In this document: positions 1 to 12,800 of the stretch, one piece after another
Numbering within the stretch: the stretch's first letter is position 1
Layout of the letters: each line of letters begins with the position of its first letter
DNA from: Cetorhinus maximus
Lineage: Eukaryota
DNA: 64,000 nucleotides
Assembly: GCF_964194155.1 (NCBI RefSeq)
Contig: NC_135893.1
Location: 54,436,001-54,500,000, forward strand
Direction of reading: 5' to 3'
Translations under genes and position numbers: made by a program
Notes under the pieces: model-generated
Databases searched by the model: none
Told to the model about the DNA's origin: nothing
The model's input: the letters and a program-made list of their open reading frames with translations, nothing else

Positions 1-2494
1 TGGACAAAGTGTGAGTGACCACACATTTATCATTATAATCTGGGTTTAAAGACACATAGTTCCATCATAGCAGCATAATATACACATTACATAACAGCTG
101 TCCTTCCTCATAAAACAACATCTTGTGAATTAACCAGGAGATCTGTGCTAGTAGATTGAAAAAAAATGTCCTATACAATGTAATTATTCTTTAGATAGTT
201 TGCAAAGGACAGAACGGTCACAGAAAATTTACACAAATGGACACAAGGAGGAACTAGCATGCATTGTAGGCACAGAAAACAATAGTTTAAGTTTCCCTTT
301 TAAAAAAGGGACACTTCTATTAAATTTATTTTTGATTGGCGTTAGGTTGCCTAAATGTCTTGTAATTGGTAATTACCAGTGACAAATAGTGGCTACTGTG
401 CAGAATGTTAAATTGCACAACCAATAATAATCATTCATCAATAAACTGTAATTGATACATCTATTTTAGGCCTCCAGTGCAAATTATTTTAAATTTGTTC
501 TTGAGATGTTGATGTCGCTAGCAAGGCTGGCATTTATTGTACACCCTTATTCGCCTTTTAAGGTGGTCGCGGTGGTGAATCTTCTCCTTGACCCACTAGT
601 CCATGTGGCGATGGTGCTCCCAGTGTGGTGTTAGGGATAGAATTCCAGGATAGGTGACCTATTCAAGGAAGGGTGATATACGTCTGTCAGGATTGTGTTT
701 CCTGGACATTGCTCATCCTTTTCATTGGTAGAAGTTTTAGGGTAGTGAGGTGATATTGAACTTGCCTGCCCTGGCTGTATCTGACAACAATCTTGGGGCA
801 AGACTCAGCATAAACTGAGATAATCCAACTTTGGCTAATGGACAACCACTTGCAGCAGTGCTCCTGTTCTGACCAATGGACATCCCCCCCCGCTTCACAG
901 CAATGTTTCTGTTTTGACCTATAGTATGTGTTTTGACATGGAGGGTCTTCAGCCTGAATGAAATCTATTTTCCCAGGAACAGAATAAATGGACACCAGTG
1001 ATCACAAATTATTCCGTCAACATGATGTAATAATAGAACACAATGTCCAAAGTTTGCCAGACAAGACCACTGAATAACAGGACAGCCCATTCCACAGAAG
1101 GCTACAAATTACAGCGTAAGAAAGAAAATTGATTACAACAGGTTTCTGTTTGCTAGGATCATTTATAGACCATTGGAACAGTAGGAGGCACTCAGCCCAT
1201 TATGCCTATCCCACCATTCAATGTGATCATGGCTGATCTGCATTATATTATCAAAAAGACCTACTCCCAAATAGAGCAAATCTGTTGCAATAAAAGCCAA
1301 TGTTGGAGATTAACAACACGATTATAAATAAATAACCAAAAGATGATTAATGTTATAAGAGATAAAGGCTATGAGCTGATATAATATCAGGGAAGTATTC
1401 CAATTGCTACAAAATGCTGATCTGTTGCATTTGATATAATCATCTCCAAAATCAAACTATCCTCATTACTGTAAAAAGGATTCTGAAAAGAATCAAGATC
1501 TTGGACACTATTTTGAAATAAATCAAGGTAATGTACAAATAGAGTGCTGCTTTACCAATTATTCTTTGTACTCCTTTTACTCCTGTATAATTAAAAATAC
1601 ATATAAATTACTAGCGTTTGTATGAATGAGGATTGGCAGGAACTACAAGTGGGGTTCAGGGTTATTAGAAATACACCAAGGAAATACTGCCGTTAGGTAG
1701 ACTAGGTGGGCCAAAGGTATTCTGCTGAAACAGTTAATATGCAAGATGAGTAAAAACGCAGAGATCAACCATGATCTCATCAAAAGGTGAGAAAGGCTCA
1801 AAGAGCTGAATGGCCTCATCCTGTTCTTATAAAAAATTGGGACAGCTGATGTTTTGACATGGATTACAAATTTATTTAATTTCCTCAGCCATAATGTTGT
1901 ACACTGGCAGAGAATCATGTGCTAAACATGCAAGAGACAAATAGTTAATCCGTAATATCCTTGGGACATTACTTTCAGATTAAATGCCATGAAAACAGAT
2001 CAACCAACTTCTCTGGAAAAGAAATTTGATTTATAATATTCAAAATTTTAAAATACTAAAGTCAACAGCAGCTCAGTATTAAAATGTAACTGATTTTCAA
2101 TATTTATTCCTAAAGGTCCTATATCCCTCTCTCCCAGTACTCTACTACCTGTTTATAACTGAACAAGTCTCATGGCTAAGTGACAGCTACACAAGCTATA
2201 CCTGGCTTTGGGATGCTGACCACCAATTAAGACAGGTGTTAACATTTACAACTCATCCCAGAGAGCTCAGGACCCAAGTCAAACCCCGAAGAGCCAGTCA
2301 CAGCTCCCAATGGCCAGTTCTATGGGGTAACAGCTGCACGTGAACAAGGAAAGAAACCTAACACAGAAGTGAACACTGTAGAAATATAGAATCAGTGTAA
2401 TAAACCACATACAAACACCAGGCAGAACCAGGAAAGTACTATCACGGCACAATTAACACAAGAGGGAAACAGCACAATAGTCATTAATGCTGTA

Positions 2495-2785
2495 CTGCAC
2501 CAGTGTTACTGATGAACACGCACCCACAGGTGCTGTAGCCCAGTGTTATAATGTGAGACCTATGCCCACCAGCAGTGTACCCCAGTGTTCTACAGTAACA
2601 AGACCTGTACCCACCGGGACTTTACTTCAGTGTTATACAGGACAGTGACGGATAGAGACTGTATTCCAGTATTATACAGTGACAGAGCTATATCCTCCAA
2701 AGTGCCCCAGTGTTGTAGTCTGAGACCTGTACCCACCAGAACTGAATCCCCAACATTATATAGCAGAAACACTCTCCCCAGCCAC
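2495..2785. repeat. Degenerate ~42-bp tandem repeat, about 7 units
   Basis: A CAGTGTTA-like core recurs at 2501, 2541, 2583, 2628, 2667, 2708 and 2751, with AGACCTGTACCCACC between cores. Confidence 0.8.
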
Positions 2786-3717
2786 AACTAAAGTACAGAA
2801 CTTAGAATATTTGTTGTTTTTTCCAGAATCAAGGGAATATGGAAAGTAAGTTTCACACTTGCACTACACTTCAGTAAAATCAGTAATGATGCTGCCTCTA
2901 ACTTACTCCTTAGTCACAAACTTGTGCATGATGTGAAAAAGAAGCCACAGTGGTTAGTACAACAATTTACTAACATAGCCAGCCTGCTCCACAAACATGG
3001 CTGATATTTCCAGGTGATTTTAAACAAAAGTAAAATACCAACATCTTGAACTTGGACTTAAACTGAAAAATAACCCTGCAGCATGTCTGAATATTACCCT
3101 GTCTCAGTGTGAGGAGCTGAAATCAAAAAGTCATTCTCTGATCAGTCAACGCCTGTTAAAATTCAGACAAAAGGGACCTCTGACTAAAATCATCGTTCCT
3201 ATTAATTTCAATCCACCCACCACCCTCCCCCACCAACCCCCAGACTCCTCACGTTGTGAAATGCACCAAATCCAGAATGGTTCCAATTCACCAAAAGCAG
3301 AAACGCCATTTTCAGGAATAAAATTCACAGATGGGGATTTGAATCGGAGGCTTCTGATGACTGGGTTTAGTAACGGCGCCCATATTGTTTCCAGAGCCTT
3401 CAACTGGGCACCCAGCAGAGTGTAGCAGCGGGTCCCAGATGGTTCATCACCGTCTCACACCACACATCCGCCCCCGACATCACCAGAGTGGCTGTGCTTC
3501 AGCAACATATAACCAGGTGCTGTACAAAGAAAAGTCTATATTAGTGAAAACAGGAATTAGGCTATCTGCTCTACTTGAAGGCTGGCAGCACATTAAGAGC
3601 TGTTTGCGTGGGGTTCCGTTGGCTTTGGCAGGAAAGGCCAGAGAATGGTGAAGCTTGTAGCTTTCTCTGCAGTCAGAGTTTCCAGTTTATTGCCAAATGT
3701 CAGTGCTGCAGAAAGAG

Positions 3718-3842
3718 TCACCGGTTTTGGGGGCACTTTGTTCTGGTGTGTCCCGGCTGGTGACACAGCCCACAGGATCGTGGCTTCTTTGCAGTCGGAC
3801 CATTTCTTGAGGAGTTTCCATCCTGCCGTTTATTTGTCACCC
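3718..3842 (-). CDS. TOP3A: TOP3A last coding exon (CCHC knuckle and stop)
   Basis: Polypyrimidine tract plus CAG; GVTNKRQDG...[23 protein letters not shown] then TGA. Confidence 0.95.
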
Positions 3843-6800
3843 CTGAGATAGGAGAAAAAAAAATTAGATTGCGAGCTTTGAATGCCACGAGTGCCTTCTC
3901 TTGTGAATGACTTAAAATCGTTTCAGGGTGAAGTAGTCATTTATTTCACTCACTCCAGGCCAAAACAATGGTTTCTAGATATCTAATTGGTGGCACCATT
4001 CAATGCTCTCAGCTCCCCTCAGCCAGGCCAACAGCTAAGCTAACAATAAACAACAGGAGTAAAAAGTGGCTAATGAGGGATTTAAATTGACACTTCTGTC
4101 CCTCTATAAATCTTTTATGACTTCAAATAACTCTCTCGTTTTCTCATGTATACACGCTATACACATGAAATCACACGTTATCCGCACACATGAATTACAA
4201 ACTACGTCACAGACTATGGGATTTCAGAAAGAAGTTGTAGAGCTACAATTTGCCAGTGAGTGGTGCTGGACAGGATGATCGATGAAGAAACAAGGACATG
4301 TACCTGGTGGAACATTCTCATCAGCCCACTGGAAGAAGCCACACTGCTGGTCTCTGGGTTTGGAGCAGGTATGGAACGCCCGTCCCTTGTTAGGTCCGTC
4401 TTTCTGCACCGTGCGTGTCACTGCTAACTGATTGCATGTGCACACTGTTTCCCCTCCACCAGAGGCTCCATTGCTTCCGGCACGACGGAAGCCCCCTGCA
4501 CCAGGGGCCGCACTCCCCCTACCGACCGATCCGCCTCGGCCAGAGTCACCCACATCCTGGTCAGCCCACAGGAAGAAGTTGCAGCTGCCCGCGTTGCATT
4601 TATAAAACCTCCGCCCCTGGTTCGGTCCTTCCTTCCGAACGGTCAGTAGCAGTGCGTCTTGGGAACAGTTGCAAACAACTACGTTATCAGTTGCCATCTG
4701 TGAAGGAACAGTCCTGGACATTGGTGCCACAGCCACCTCCTGATGCTTGGGCACAGTGTTCCTATGATCCCGGAACGACCGGGTCTCTGACCTGCTCTGT
4801 GGCACATGGTTGGCAGTTCGATTGTTTGATTGTGATGCTCCTCGTAAATACCTCAGGTCCAAGATCTCTCTTAGCATTTCATCACACCCCCCAATACAAC
4901 CAACAAACTCCAGGGGAACCAGTGGAGGCATGCTTCCTCGTTTGAACTTGAACTTTAGCCTGAAAATTCAGAATAAATAAAGTAACCATTCATTCTCAAA
5001 AGAAAACAACTGTAACAGCTGTTGGGTTTATATTTTGATACTATAGTCCTTACCTGTGAATAGGGTGGGGTTTACATGTGGGACACACACTCTCATCTCT
5101 GCTGACCCCCAGAACAGAGTCAGGAAACCAGACTGCAGACTTGCAGTTTGGGTACCCTGTACACGAAAGGTAAAACCTGCAAACAAGAACAAAACATATT
5201 ATGACAGGTGACAATAACTTGGTTTTAAACATAGGCTTTAAAGGAGCATTTTAATGGAAGAGAAGAAGTGCAGAAATTTATGAAGTGAATTTCAAAAGGG
5301 AGAGCATTAATAGATTTGAGCCCATGAATAAATACACCAGGAGAGATTCACAGTGGAATTGGGTCACACTGTTTACCAGGGGAGATTCACACACTGCTGA
5401 GGATGGGACTGGAATTGACAGACTAGTGGATCTGCAGCATAGAAAGGAGGAAAAATTAATGGCAAGTATATGTTCTAAGGCATCAGGGAATAAAAACAGA
5501 GATTAGTGCTATGGCATTGCACAATTGTGGGGCATTTTAATCTTCTGGAACAGTGGGGTATGAGGGAGTTTACTGAAGTCCTTGAAAACTGTTTTCTTAA
5601 ACAGGTGAATCAATGGGAAGATACAATATTACATGTGCTCCTAACTAATTATGCTCAAGTGAGGAACATTTGGGGAGCCTGCCAAGAGCATCACCACCAA
5701 GTGACAGCATCAGGACACGACAGCAACAGGGAGCCAGAGGTAGGGTGTGACCAGAAGGATTTTTGTTGAGTAAGGGTATCAAGGGAATGGAGCAAAGGCA
5801 GGTAAATGGAATTCAGGTAAAGATCAACAATGATCTAACTGAATGGCAGAATAGGCTCAAGAAGTGGAATGGCATCCTCCTGTTCCTATATATAAGGATA
5901 GACTTACCCTCCATCTTTCTTTGGTTTGAGAACCATGTCCCTACCACACTGAGGACATTTTCTAACAGGTTCCGAAATCTCCATTAGGAACTCCTCGGAC
6001 TGTGTAATTTCAGTCACCTCCCCGAAGTAATGGGATAGAGCCTCATCCAGCCTGTCAAAACACATCACCGAGCACTTAGTGTCTGTGCTTCACTGTCATG
6101 TAGCTCAAAATAAAATGCTCCAAAAGCTTGCACAACCCTCAGAAGCACAGACTAATAATTTAAAGAATTCAAGAACAAGTCCTACCAGGGCAGTTTGAGA
6201 AAATTCAGCCATAAAAACAATGCAGAAGAAATGAAAAGTTGGTCTCAGTAAAAGAGATCATGAATCTGTCAGATTGTCATAAAAACCCAACTGGTTCACT
6301 CATGTCCTTTAGGGACAGAAACCTGCCATCCCTTCCTGGTCTGGGCTAATATGTGACACCAACATGTTGACTCTTAACTGTGCTCTGAAGTGGCCAAACA
6401 AAACCCTGAGTTGTATCTAATGTTACAGCACAACTGGGCATGAGCAATAAATGCCAACCAGGCTAGTGTCACCTACATTCTAAGAATGAGTATTTTAAAA
6501 ACACACTCACTTCTTTGCCTTTGTCACTGCCTCGATGAACACCTGCTTGTATTTCTGAACTTGCTGATGCAACACACTAAACTTGTCCTTCTTGCCCTCG
6601 CAAACCAGCTTCAGATCTGCCTCAAGCTCAGCTCGTAGATCTGGCTTAGACATCTCATATCCCATGGAGTCATACCCTGCAGCAGAAGCACAAACAGTCA
6701 CCACTCCAGACATACACTGCTTGATATAAGGATGTCAGCATTTATCTGTGTGGGATTAAGCTGGAGTACCTGTAATACACAAGCTGAGAGGTACTCCAAC

Positions 6801-9800
6801 TGGAACAACAGAGTTCAAATCCCAGTGCCCATTATTTTGGGAGTGGGGAGGTAGATAGGTTTGTCAGTTGCAGGGTCAGTTGCAGGGTCAGGTACCCTTG
6901 TCTGGGAAGCAACCTTTCCCTCACACAAAGTTACACCCAGACAGCCTAAAGCAATCTCTTACCCTACTAAGCAACAGTCACTACCCTTCAAGCAACACAG
7001 CATAGTACCACTTTAAGATTTCAATTACATGATAAGCTGCTCTGTTAATGCAAGTATGTCCTTGTCCCAACACAATGGAAAGCAAGAATGGAGGAACATT
7101 AGCCCATTGGTCTTGCTGCACCACCCTGATAGTTACAGCAGTTCTTTCTGTCAACCCAGTTTCCTGGTCTCTTGCCATATCCCTAAATACCTTTGCTCCC
7201 TAATAGATATTTCTCTCTTTTAAACACCCGATTTGATTCTGCATCAATGACCATCTGGGACAGCGAATTCCATATTCTCAAAGCCCTGCATCTGTGTGAC
7301 ATTTTTCTTGGATTTTTAGTGGCTTTAGTTCCAATCCAAAGACCGTGCCCTTTTTAACTGGTGAAAGCTGTCCGGCTCCCTCCCCCTCACTCAATCATTA
7401 TTCACATAGGCAGTATAATTTATTAATTCACTTAAGTTAACTTCACCAAGGGGAACCAGGTTAGAGGTTACTGAGTGAAGAAGCTCGATTTATAATTAAA
7501 TCTATAAATAAAGTGCTTCAAAATATGATTTCAGAAAATAAAATGTGTTAAAAATACTTTAGAACTTTTGCTGTCACCTTCCACCAGTCCCATTCCTAAT
7601 TCCCCTGGGAGGAACCTTTGATCCGGCGTCAAGCCCACATACATTCGGGATTTGATAGTTTCGATGTGTTCTGCATGAGTGGCATCAGTCCCTGAGAGGA
7701 AACAAATATACATGTCAGTGGTAACATAGCCCCACAGCACTAGGATCTAATGCATTCGGTCACACCCAGACTCAGACACTCAGTTCAGTGTCACCAGTCA
7801 CTCCCATAAACAGACCTCACGGCCCTTATGACCCAAAGTACATCTTTATTGCTCAATATATAATTAAACAATGCAGGAACTGTAATAACTTTTTGTTACA
7901 CGTACTGACACTCTGATCTGACACACACTGCCACATGCATGCTTCTCTCTTCTCAGAAAGCAAACCAAAAATCACTCTTGCAGCAGCAGGCCGACCATTC
8001 TCCAACAAATTGGTTTAGCTTGCACAAAACACGAGTGCAGAAAAACTAAAAAATGCATATATTTTTTATGACTTCTTGTACCTTGGAAAATAAGAAAAAA
8101 TTCCACTTTGCCCCTTCGGTTATTCAGGGCATTGGTGAGACCACCTCTGGACTACTATGTACAGTATTGGTCTCCTTATTAACGGAAGGTTGTAAATGCA
8201 TCGGGAGCAATTCAGAGCACGTTTACTAGACTAATGCCTGGAATGGGTGGGTTGTCATGTGAGGAAAGGTTGGACAGGCTAGGTTTGTATCTGCTGGAGT
8301 TTAGAAGAGTAAGAGGCGACTTGATTGAAACATATAAGATCCTGAGGGCTCTTGACAGGGTGGATATGGAGAGGATGTTTCCTCTTGTGGGATAATCCAG
8401 AACTAGGGGGTCACTGTTTAAAAATAAGGGGTTGCCCATTTAAGACAGGGATGAGGAGAAATTTTCTCTCCAAGAGTCATGGGTCTTTGGAACTCTTCCT
8501 CAAAAGGTGGTGGAAGCAGAGTCTTTGAATATTTCTAAGGCAGAGCTAGATAGATTCTTGATAAGCAAGAGGTGAAATGTTATCGGGGGTAGGCAGGAAT
8601 GTGGGATTGAGGTTACAATCATTTCAGCCATGATCTTATTGAATGGCAGAGCAGGCTCGAGGGGCCGAGTGGCCTACTCCTAATTCATTTTTAAAATTCA
8701 TTTACAGGATGTGGACGCCACTGGCTAGAGCAGCATTTATTGTCCATCCCTAATTGCCCTTGAGAAGGTGGTGGTGAGCTGCCTTCTTGAACCGCTGCAG
8801 TCTATGTGGTGTAGGTACACCCACAGTGCTGTTAGGGAGAGAGTTCCAGGATTTTGACCCAGCAACAGTGAAGGAACAGCGATATATTTCCAAGTCAGGA
8901 TGGTGAGCGGCATGGAGGGGAACTTCCAGGTGGTGGTGTTCCCAAGTATCTGCTGCCCTTGTCCTTCTAGATGGCAGCAGTCATGAGTTTGGAAGGTGCT
9001 ACCTAAGGAGCCTCTTCCAAACCCATGACCACTACCATCTAGGACAAGGGCAGCATATACACAGGAACACCACCACCAATTCGTATACTCGTATGCATGT
9101 ACTGATGAGCCAAACTCAATTTACAAATTAGCAGTCTCTACACTGGCTGGCATTAGCTTTTTACTTAACCTGTCAAATGTATTCTCAAGTCAGTCTTTGG
9201 CTTACAAGAAGACCGACCTCTCTCTTGCTGTTCCAGGTATTGATTTGCTTTACACTGACTTTTCCAGAGGCAGAAAGGGAAAGGCTGATCTCTGACCTCT
9301 CCCTCAGCTCTGCGTTGTTGTGGATTGGCTCAACAAGCTGCCAATCAAAGCTACTACCTTGAATAAGAAACCTCCTGCTTTGCTGGGGATGAAGGAATTA
9401 AATAGTCTGGTTAGCTAAAGCTTCTGCTGGGAATACTGAATAAAAACGATTCTGACATGAATGGCTCTAGAATGTACTCAATGGCCTGAATGTGGAAAGA
9501 CAGGACAGATCTGAGGTGACAGATTCAACTGGTATTTCTGAACCTCCCAGATAGCTTACCCCTCTCTCTGGACTTAACCCTTTGTGAATTGAATCAAACT
9601 CCATTGCATTTAATACAAACTAAATCAAAAACCCATTCCAGCAAAATAGGAGAAAACCTCTAAACGTTAAAGCAGAGTTAAGGAAACCATATTCAAGCCC
9701 TGAAACTGCCTTCACCCAATGTCCACATACTCCAATCCCAGCAGGAGCAATTGGATAGCAAACAGTAGCAGGAATTATTTTCCAATCTCTAACAGCAATG

Positions 9801-12800
9801 GCCACTTTCTCTGCAAAAACCAGGCATCAAACCCAAGATCCAACATGGTTCAGAATCATACCAGGCAGTACATTCAGCCATTGAGCCAAGGAAGGCCCCT
9901 TAATAAAATGAATCTCGGGCTTCAGACTAACCTATGCCATGCTTCTCCATCAGGGCAATAAGATCAGCCTCAGTTAGGAGTTGGGGTGGACTTGTCTCTC
10001 CATCGACCATCTCAATAGTAGTGGGCTGGAACTTCTTGCCTCTCTCATACACAGGTATGACCTGGAACAGAGATCCCATCATTTTAGAACCACACAAACT
10101 CCTAAACAATCACTTCTTTTCCCCAATCTCCCCAGATGTCCCTTGGCTGAGGACCAGGATGAGCTCTGGAAGCCTGCCAACCTTCCATTATTATTTTTAC
10201 CAGCTATACTCTCCTTTCCATACGAACAATCCTCCGTGGGCAAGCCTCGAGTGGGTTTCAGCATTTTTTTTTTTACTGCAAAATGATTCACAGTTAGACC
10301 CAATCCTGTCACATTTCCCCACCCCCAAACTCTGACGTACACTAACACCAACAGATTTATCAGCTGAACATTACAAGATGTCCAACCAGAGCAGGAGCAG
10401 GAACGCCTCCCTGGTCCAGCAGTGTTGAGGCTAATTGTAAGCTACATCCCTGAACAAATAAATCAAATTGCTAATCAAGTTTTACAATTTTGCTCCAATC
10501 CCCAATACAATGATAATTACTTGCCCCAACCAGACAGCAATCTGCAATACAATAAACTATCCCCTGCTGTGATCAGGGTGGGGTGGGAAAACAGACAATA
10601 ATGTCTTTACTTCAATACCTTAGCATTCCATTTGTCATATGGATAAACCTCCAGGTAATTCCGTGCAATAATCATTAAGCCGTAACCAGCAAAGAGCTCT
10701 CCTGCAATGTCTATCTCCACTGTGGTTTCCTGTCCCTGTGCATCCTGGGAGCAGCATGCCAGAAAATGGCGCACGACAAACTCATAAATACGCTGTTCAG
10801 TTCCCTAAAAAAAAAGGAAAATATTCAGTAAATCTAAATATGTATATAAAAAAAAATTACTACACTAAGTACTATACACTCACACACTAAGTATTCTGAT
10901 GGTTCAGTATATTCCAAACAGAATGGACTGCAACATGTGTCATTCAACTCAGCCCATCCCTACCCCATGGGCCAAAGGTCAGACCTCCCGAATCCTGTGA
11001 GTCACAGGTAAGCCTGCCGCCGCCACCACACCCTGTGCTGCAGGGTCAGTCACAGGTCAGGTCATCCCATCCAACCCCACCCCCCTCCCCTCCCCTCCCC
11101 AGGGCTGCAGGTTCTGCTCCACACCGTCACCCCCACTTCCCCCAACCCTGCAAGGGCCACAAAACATGGCCAACTGAGGGGATTTGGACAGCACAAGTTG
11201 CATGTCATTACAAAGGCAAAACCACTTCACATCAATGTTAAAGTTATGATGCAAATACAGTCCAACTCTCCCAGACCAACAGCCGATTACATTTTGAACA
11301 CCCTGAAGACTCTCCCCATTGCCTTGCACAACAGATCACAAGCTCATCATTCTTTGAATGTGGACATGTTTCCTAACTACTTCTGAGTTTTCATTTAAGT
11401 TTACTTCCTCTGGTCCCACTGCCTGATTTATCTTGAACATTCTGGGTTCACCTCAGCTATACCTGTATCACTTTATGCACCTTAGTGAGGTGGGCCCTCA
11501 GCCTGTACAGACTGCAGAGATTAAGCTCCTCTAATCTTTCATCACAGTGTTACTTTTCCGATCAGTCTTTCAGCTTGACTGCACTCTCCCTGTGCCTGAA
11601 CACAATGTAACTGTGGCAGTGGGTGGTTCTCTATCCATAAAACGTTCCATTTACCAAATAGACCAAACTAGTGCTGTCTGCTGCCTCAGCGTTTTAAAAT
11701 TGCATTTAATTCTTTTTCCCCTGTATGCTCTCCCTATTAGTCTTTGTGTAACAGACATCTGTCAAAGGTCAAAAGTAGACCCACTTCCCCTGACTCGGCT
11801 GCAGTCAGTTAAATTTGGGAGCAACTTGCTCTATTTTCCCTCCCAACCCTCCACAGCCCACATGACCCCTCCCATAACAATTTCTTTTGTAAAAAAGCTT
11901 TTAATTTGATAAAAAGAATTTAAAATTCTCACCATTTCCAGAGTTATTTGCATACAAAGTTCCCCAAGATAGGGTCACTCTTAAAGTAGATCAAACAAGC
12001 AAAGCAAGGTTACAATGCATTGTTAATGACACCAGTTATAAGACAGAGTCATTACCTGCAAGTTGTTGGTGTATTTAGTTGGATGGATAGGTGGATGGGC
12101 CTGGTCTGACTTGCTTCCACTTCGGGGTGTTGGCCCACCTCTGTCCAAAATACCCTGAGCAAATGTCCCCCAGTGTGGGTCCACAGTTTGCTGCTGCACC
12201 AATGTGGAGAGGTTCAGGTCCTTGGGGAAGATGTTGGTTTCAGTGCGAGGGTAGCTAATGTACCTGCACAAACAGAAACAAGGAGCAATGTGATGAGTTT
12301 GCAAACTGAGCGATTTCTTTCGCATCACAAGCATTCTCGATCCCGCTCTAATCTTACTCACCTTCTGTCCCAAAGACTGATTCATGCTGAGGTGGAGTGC
12401 AAAGGGCAGCAACCCCCCGCATCTCACCCAAACCATCCACTTTTTAACATAAGTCTGGACAGTAAGTCTCTGTAAATGATACAACTACATGGGTAAGGGT
12501 AACACAGCCAGCCTGACCCACCTTCCACACCTAGGCACCTCGCAGCAGAAGTAAGTATACACACGAACTTAACTCATTTTTCCCCTTCTCTTGACTTACC
12601 GTTCACACACAGAGCTCACATTTATACAGTACATTTAATTCAGTGAGTGGCCCAAAGTGCTTCAGCAGAAGCAGATGCCAAGCAAATATAGCAGAGTCAG
12701 GAAATATGACTAAAGGCACAATGGAAGAAACTTCGAAAAGATTTTAAAGGCTGGGGAAAGTGTAGTAAGAGAGCAGGGCCAAGGGAGAGAGATTGAGAGT

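Noticed and set aside
2495-2785. CRISPR-like array
   Set aside because: These are degenerate tandem units without unique spacers, in a eukaryotic context with no cas genes.
4415-4945. 176-aa plus-strand ORF
   Set aside because: It is an antisense shadow of the GC-rich TOP3A exon 18.
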